DNA of 41,862 nucleotides from a virus: IMG/VR virus record IMGVR_UViG_3300045988_057496; one strand, 5' to 3'. Shown piece by piece: positions 38,681 to 41,862 of this stretch (position 1 is its first letter; each line of letters starts with the position of its first letter). The notes under the pieces were generated by a model. It saw only the letters and a program-made list of their open reading frames with translations, ran no database searches and was not told where the DNA came from. The position numbers and the translations under genes were made by a program.

Positions 38681-39076
38681 ATGCTGGATAAACTGAATCA
38701 TCTGAAGGACGAAATGTGCGAAGAGCTCATGGAGCTGACCAACAAAAAGAACCGCTCCCCGGGTGATGTTGAGATGATCGGCGAGATCGTGGACATCATT
38801 CTGGACATCCACCGCATCGAGGATTACTGCGAGGGCGGCGAGTACAGCCGTGCGGGCGAGTGGGAAGCTGATATGCGCGGCAACTACGGACGTACCGAAA
38901 ACTATAACCGGGGCAATAGCTACGCAAACCGAGGCCGTCACTATGTGCGCGGGCACTACTCCCGCACGGATGGCCGTGAGCGCATGATCTCTGACATCGA
39001 GGACATGATGCAGGAGGCCACCGGCGCAGAGCGTGACGCCTACAAGCGGGCCGCCGACATCTTGCGCAACGCATAA
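38681..39076 (+). CDS. Helical protein with an Arg/Tyr/Gly/Asn-rich middle segment, unknown function
   Basis: 131 aa, SD AAGGAG. The middle segment reads RGNYGRTENYNRGNSYANRGRHYVRGHYSR. Confidence 0.6.
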   Translation: MLDKLNHLKDEMCEELMELTNKKNRSPGDVEMIGEIVDIILDIHRIEDYCEGGEYSRAGEWEADMRGNYGRTENYNRGNSYANRGRHYVRGHYSRTDGRERMISDIEDMMQEATGAERDAYKRAADILRNA

Positions 39077-39094
39077 GGGAGGAGGGCGGCAAGT

Positions 39095-39433
39095 ATGGAC
39101 ATCGACGAGATCAACACCCATATTCACAAGCTGAAATGCGGTTCAACGGACTGGCAGAGCGTGGAAAAGCTTGCCGCCCTCTGCACTGTGCGAAATGAGT
39201 TGAGCGAAGCGGAAAGCCGGGAAAACAGCCCCGCTCCGCGGCCTGAACCAGTCATGCAGATGGAGTATTCCACAAGACCGCAAGAACAGCAGAGCGAATT
39301 TGTAGAGGCTGCAAGCGCTGTGCCGTTCAGCGGGTTGATGGAGGTACTGGACAGACACATGAACGCAATAAAGCTGGTGTACCCGAAAGAGTATGAGCTT
39401 GTTATCAGAAAAATCAAAAATCTGTTAGACTAA
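39095..39433 (+). CDS. Hypothetical protein (112 aa)
   Basis: SD GGGAGGAGG. It is the last gene of the cargo operon. Confidence 0.55.
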   Translation: MDIDEINTHIHKLKCGSTDWQSVEKLAALCTVRNELSEAESRENSPAPRPEPVMQMEYSTRPQEQQSEFVEAASAVPFSGLMEVLDRHMNAIKLVYPKEYELVIRKIKNLLD

Positions 39434-39496
39434 CCGTTAGATTGTTGGACTCTTTTAGAGTTTTTATCGTCATTTTTTCAAAAACAACTAAAGCAA

Positions 39497-39547
39497 AAAT
39501 CCCACGAAATAAGCAAGAAATAAACGCTATTTCGTGGGATTTTCTTT
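39497..39547. terminator. Strong bidirectional terminator (15-bp perfect stem)
   Basis: AAATCCCACGAAATA (39497-39511) pairs with TATTTCGTGGGATTT (39529-39543). The hairpin is flanked by A and T runs. Confidence 0.7.
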
Positions 39548-39553
39548 AAAATA

Positions 39554-39598
39554 TGGAGCAGGATACGGGACTCGAACCCGCCGCCTACTGCTTGGGAA
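39554..39598 (-). other. attP core candidate: 3' 45 nt of a tRNA-Gly(CCC) gene
   Basis: The minus strand reads TTCCCAA-GCAGT-AGGCG-GCGGG-TTCGAGT-CCCGT-ATCCTGC-T-CCA. These are the anticodon loop, 3' anticodon stem, variable loop, T arm, 3' acceptor, discriminator U and CCA. No matching 5' half is present. It lies 59 bp from the integrase stop. Confidence 0.65.
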
Positions 39599-39656
39599 GT
39601 ATACGCGCAATACGATAAAACGTTTAAAATTTCCGGATTGTTAAACTTTCGTTAGA

Positions 39657-40793
39657 CTATTTCTTGAATTTCTCCATCTCGGATTTGAGATAATCCGTAT
39701 CATGACCAGTGTAATAATCGGCAGTTGTGGAGAAATCGGCATGGCCCAGAATGGCCTGTACAGCTGTCGGCTCTGCTTTTCCCTCTACAAGCCGTGTAGC
39801 TGCCGAACGGCGCATTGCATGAGGTACAGCGCCCTCAATACCGCAACGCTCCATGAGCTTTTTAAATGCCTTTTCCGTGGCGCTCACGCTGCGTTGCTTG
39901 CCGCCGTGGGCAGGGGGGAGAAGCAGCTCACTTCCCACGCTGTCCAACATCCAATCCGCCAGAATCATCTTGATGGGCTCCAAAACCGGAATAGTGCGCT
40001 CACGGCCCGCCTCGGTCTTTTCTCCGCCCACAATATACCCCTCTTTCAGATTCACGTCTTGTCGGCGGAGGGTCAGCAGCTCATTGATACGCATACCAGT
40101 ATAGTAGAGCACAAGAGATAGCCTTGCTATATTATACATGCTGTCGGCTTTGTTGTCTGCAATTTTTTGAATTTTCTCAATTTCCGCTGTAGAGAGTACC
40201 CGCTTTTTCTTTTTTGGTTGTGCAGGAAGCCGGAGCTCTTCTGCAAAATTGTGGGAAATGATTCCGTTTGCCATTGACCATTTGCACAGCTGGCTGAAAA
40301 GCTGCCGTTGCTTCTCGCACATTGAGCGGGAAAGTCCAGCGGCTACAAGGTCATCTATCACGGTTTGATAGTCTTCCGTTACCATTTCCCGAATCTGCCT
40401 ATCCCACAAGCGCCGTGCCTTTGTATAGGCCGCTTCATAGCTTTGCCTGCCTTTTGGCCCAACGTCTTGATAGTGGGCCTCACTCCACTTGCCGTAGACG
40501 TCCGCAAAAGTGTATTTCATCCGGGCAATGGGCATAGTTTGCGCATTATAAGCATCCAACGCCTGCACGGCCTCTCCGGACGTGGCATAGGTGCCGATGA
40601 CTTCCCGCTTGGAGGAAAGGGCTACAAAGGGCTTTGCCCGGTTATCTTTGAGCTTGTACACGCTGCCGCTGCCTTTTGGGCGGCGGCGTTTTTTTCTCTG
40701 CACGGGCGGGGCATAGTCAGGCTGGCGCTTACCGCACCACGGGCAAAATAAGGCTCCGTCTGGAACTTCTTTGTGGCACCTGATACATTCCAC
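39657..40793 (-). CDS. int: Tyrosine site-specific integrase with N-terminal zinc ribbon
   Basis: 378 aa. CIRCHK...CPWCG is the zinc ribbon. Catalytic-region motifs are TGMRINELLTLRRQDV, HAMRRSAATRL and ILGHADFSTTADYY. Confidence 0.95.
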   Translation of the reverse strand: MECIRCHKEVPDGALFCPWCGKRQPDYAPPVQRKKRRRPKGSGSVYKLKDNRAKPFVALSSKREVIGTYATSGEAVQALDAYNAQTMPIARMKYTFADVYGKWSEAHYQDVGPKGRQSYEAAYTKARRLWDRQIREMVTEDYQTVIDDLVAAGLSRSMCEKQRQLFSQLCKWSMANGIISHNFAEELRLPAQPKKKKRVLSTAEIEKIQKIADNKADSMYNIARLSLVLYYTGMRINELLTLRRQDVNLKEGYIVGGEKTEAGRERTIPVLEPIKMILADWMLDSVGSELLLPPAHGGKQRSVSATEKAFKKLMERCGIEGAVPHAMRRSAATRLVEGKAEPTAVQAILGHADFSTTADYYTGHDTDYLKSEMEKFKK

Positions 40794-40796
40794 GGC

Positions 40797-41384
40797 TTAC
40801 TCCTTTCTGCTTCCTGTATAGCCCTGTGCGCCGTTCTCAGAGGCCGCACGGCCTGCCTTGTAATTCATGCGCAAATCTTCAATGGGCGGCTGTGGCTCCC
40901 GCGGGCAAGGGTCAAGGCCCATAGATTGCGCAAAGCGGTAATGGTCAATCACGGCGCCGCAGATGCTCACCCGGTTATTGAGCGGGCAGTGCAGGTTTGC
41001 CGCAACCTCGGAGATCACCGCGGGCGGGCTACTGCCGTGGCTTCCTTTCAGGATAAAGAGAAGCAGCCGTTTTGTCAGCGGCGGCAAGTTTACCACAAAG
41101 CGGCACAACTCCGCGTCCAGCTCTTCGTCGGTCTTGCCGTCATCGGGCACCGCGTACAGCTCCGGGTGGATCATCTCCATAAACACGGATATGGGAGACA
41201 CCCCGCACGCGCTGCACCAATCAAAAACCTCGTCGCTGTCGGGGCTGGAAATCCCTTTTTCCCAGCTCTGCACCGTCCGCTCTCCACGGTTGAGGGCGAT
41301 TGCCATTTCCCGCTGGCTCAACCCTGCAGAAACGCGGGCCTTCGCCAGCGCTTTCCCAATTTTGGCTGCCGTAAAGTAGCTCAT
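40797..41384 (-). CDS. XRE-family HTH regulator co-transcribed with the integrase
   Basis: 195 aa. The N-terminal IGKALAKARVSAGLSQREMAIALNRGERTVQSWEKG is an HTH. Its stop lies 4 nt from the int start. Confidence 0.8.
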   Translation of the reverse strand: MSYFTAAKIGKALAKARVSAGLSQREMAIALNRGERTVQSWEKGISSPDSDEVFDWCSACGVSPISVFMEMIHPELYAVPDDGKTDEELDAELCRFVVNLPPLTKRLLLFILKGSHGSSPPAVISEVAANLHCPLNNRVSICGAVIDHYRFAQSMGLDPCPREPQPPIEDLRMNYKAGRAASENGAQGYTGSRKE

Positions 41385-41487
41385 GCACTCACCTCCACAA
41401 AAACACGCGTCTTTTAATCAAAAATGACGCGGAAAAACTCCGCGCCATTCGACACAATCTTTCCGTATTTCCTTTTCCTGCTGAGCA

Positions 41488-41496
41488 TGGTATTAT
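41488..41496 (+). promoter_or_regulatory. Extended -10 element TGgTATTAT for the rightward small-ORF operon
   Basis: It lies in the 160-bp divergent region between the XRE gene (41384) and ORF 41545. Confidence 0.35.
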
Positions 41497-41544
41497 CTGG
41501 ATTATAAATTGTTCACCATATACAAAAAACAGGAGGAAATCGAA

Positions 41545-41655
41545 ATGGAAATCCAGCAAAGAAACGGCAAAGATGCCGAAATGACCATTATTGACGGGAT
41601 GCCAGCAACCGTTTTGACGGGCACCACACGCACCCCGCAACCCTGGGAGGATTGA
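41545..41655 (+). CDS. Small ORF (36 aa)
   Basis: ATG 41545 lies 6 nt after AACAGGAGGAAA. Below the track cut-off. Confidence 0.35.
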   Translation: MEIQQRNGKDAEMTIIDGMPATVLTGTTRTPQPWED

Positions 41656-41657
41656 AC

Positions 41658-41862
41658 ATGGATAAAATGCAGAGCTTTTGTACCCATATCCGTGCCGCGC
41701 TGGCGTGCTATGAAGACCTGCCGCCCGAGGGACAAGCCAGGGCACGGCTTTATGTAACCCGCAAGGTAAAGTCTGTTCAGGCTCTCTACGCCGCAGCATC
41801 CGCTCCCGGCGGGGAGCTTGCCGGGCAGCTGTTGCAAAAATTGCAACAACCTTGCAACCACG
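41658..41862 (+). CDS. Hypothetical protein (69 aa) that crosses the circular junction (continues at 56-60)
   Basis: ATG 41658 follows GGGAGGA. The frame is open to the window end and closes at TAA 58-60 once the 55-bp overlap is collapsed. Confidence 0.45.
   Translation, partial: MDKMQSFCTHIRAALACYEDLPPEGQARARLYVTRKVKSVQALYAAASAPGGELAGQLLQKLQQPCNH
41808..41862. repeat. Terminal direct repeat, copy 2 (identical to 1-55)
   Basis: Exact 55/55 match to the first 55 bases. Confidence 0.95.

Larger units (their letters stand above)
1..41862. mobile_element. Complete circularly closed genome of a temperate siphovirus-type phage (41,807 bp unique once one copy of the 55-bp end overlap is removed)
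   Basis: The 55-bp ends are identical. Lysogeny (integrase, attP, CI/Cro-like), recombination/replication, packaging, head, tail and lysis modules are all present in canonical order. The tail is non-contractile: major tail, G/GT chaperone, tape measure, Dit, Tal and RBP, with no sheath gene. Confidence 0.85.

Overview
The window is a complete, circularly closed genome of a temperate siphovirus-type phage. The first and last 55 bp are identical, leaving 41,807 bp unique, and an ORF reads across the junction. It is G+C-rich with several sharply AT-rich islands. The host is probably a Clostridia-class Firmicute; this is inferred from SD-led starts, DnaD/G39P-type replication genes, a GH25 lysin and SHOCT/BclA-like cargo, not from any search. 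Gene order from the junction: an AT-rich regulatory region; a minus-strand accessory pair (Zn-ribbon/glycine-zipper/SHOCT protein plus an unknown); a CI-like repressor; a 570-bp non-coding switch region with face-to-face promoters; Cro-like and antirepressor genes; small early genes; a recombination module (unknown 207-aa protein, 480-bp GA-rich repeat spacer, unknown, RecT-like, SSB); replication genes (DnaD-like organiser with internal iterons, G39P-like loader); PAPS-reductase-like, Lar-like and RusA genes; and an ArpU/sigma-like late activator. Next comes a ~1.3-kb RNA block: a ~430-nt promoter-to-terminator structured RNA, tRNA-Trp, a tRNA-like gene with a 68-nt insertion, a small ORF between terminators, and tRNA-Met. 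The structural region follows: TerS, TerL, portal, gp7/MuF-like, morons, a gp10-like gene, an AT-rich promoter-to-terminator cassette plus tRNA-Thr, scaffold, major capsid, connectors, major tail, G/GT chaperone with a -1 frameshift, tape measure, Dit, Tal, a compositionally chimeric receptor-binding protein, GH25 endolysin and holin-like genes. The genome ends with a sigma-r4-like gene, an sRNA candidate plus a degenerate tRNA, a separately regulated 9-gene cargo island, attP (3' 45 nt of a tRNA-Gly(CCC)), and a tyrosine integrase with an XRE regulator. No rRNA, CRISPR array, transposase or reverse transcriptase was seen. The best candidates for undescribed biology are: (1) the self-regulated cargo island at 35389-39433 (BclA-C/C1q-like jelly-roll, Cys-rich membrane coiled-coil protein, Q/P-rich proteins); (2) the large structured non-coding RNA block upstream of terS, including the insertion-bearing tRNA; (3) the RNA-rich CI/Cro switch region; (4) the int-distal Zn-ribbon/SHOCT two-gene module. 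All functional calls rest on motif recognition by eye and on gene position; no database search was run.
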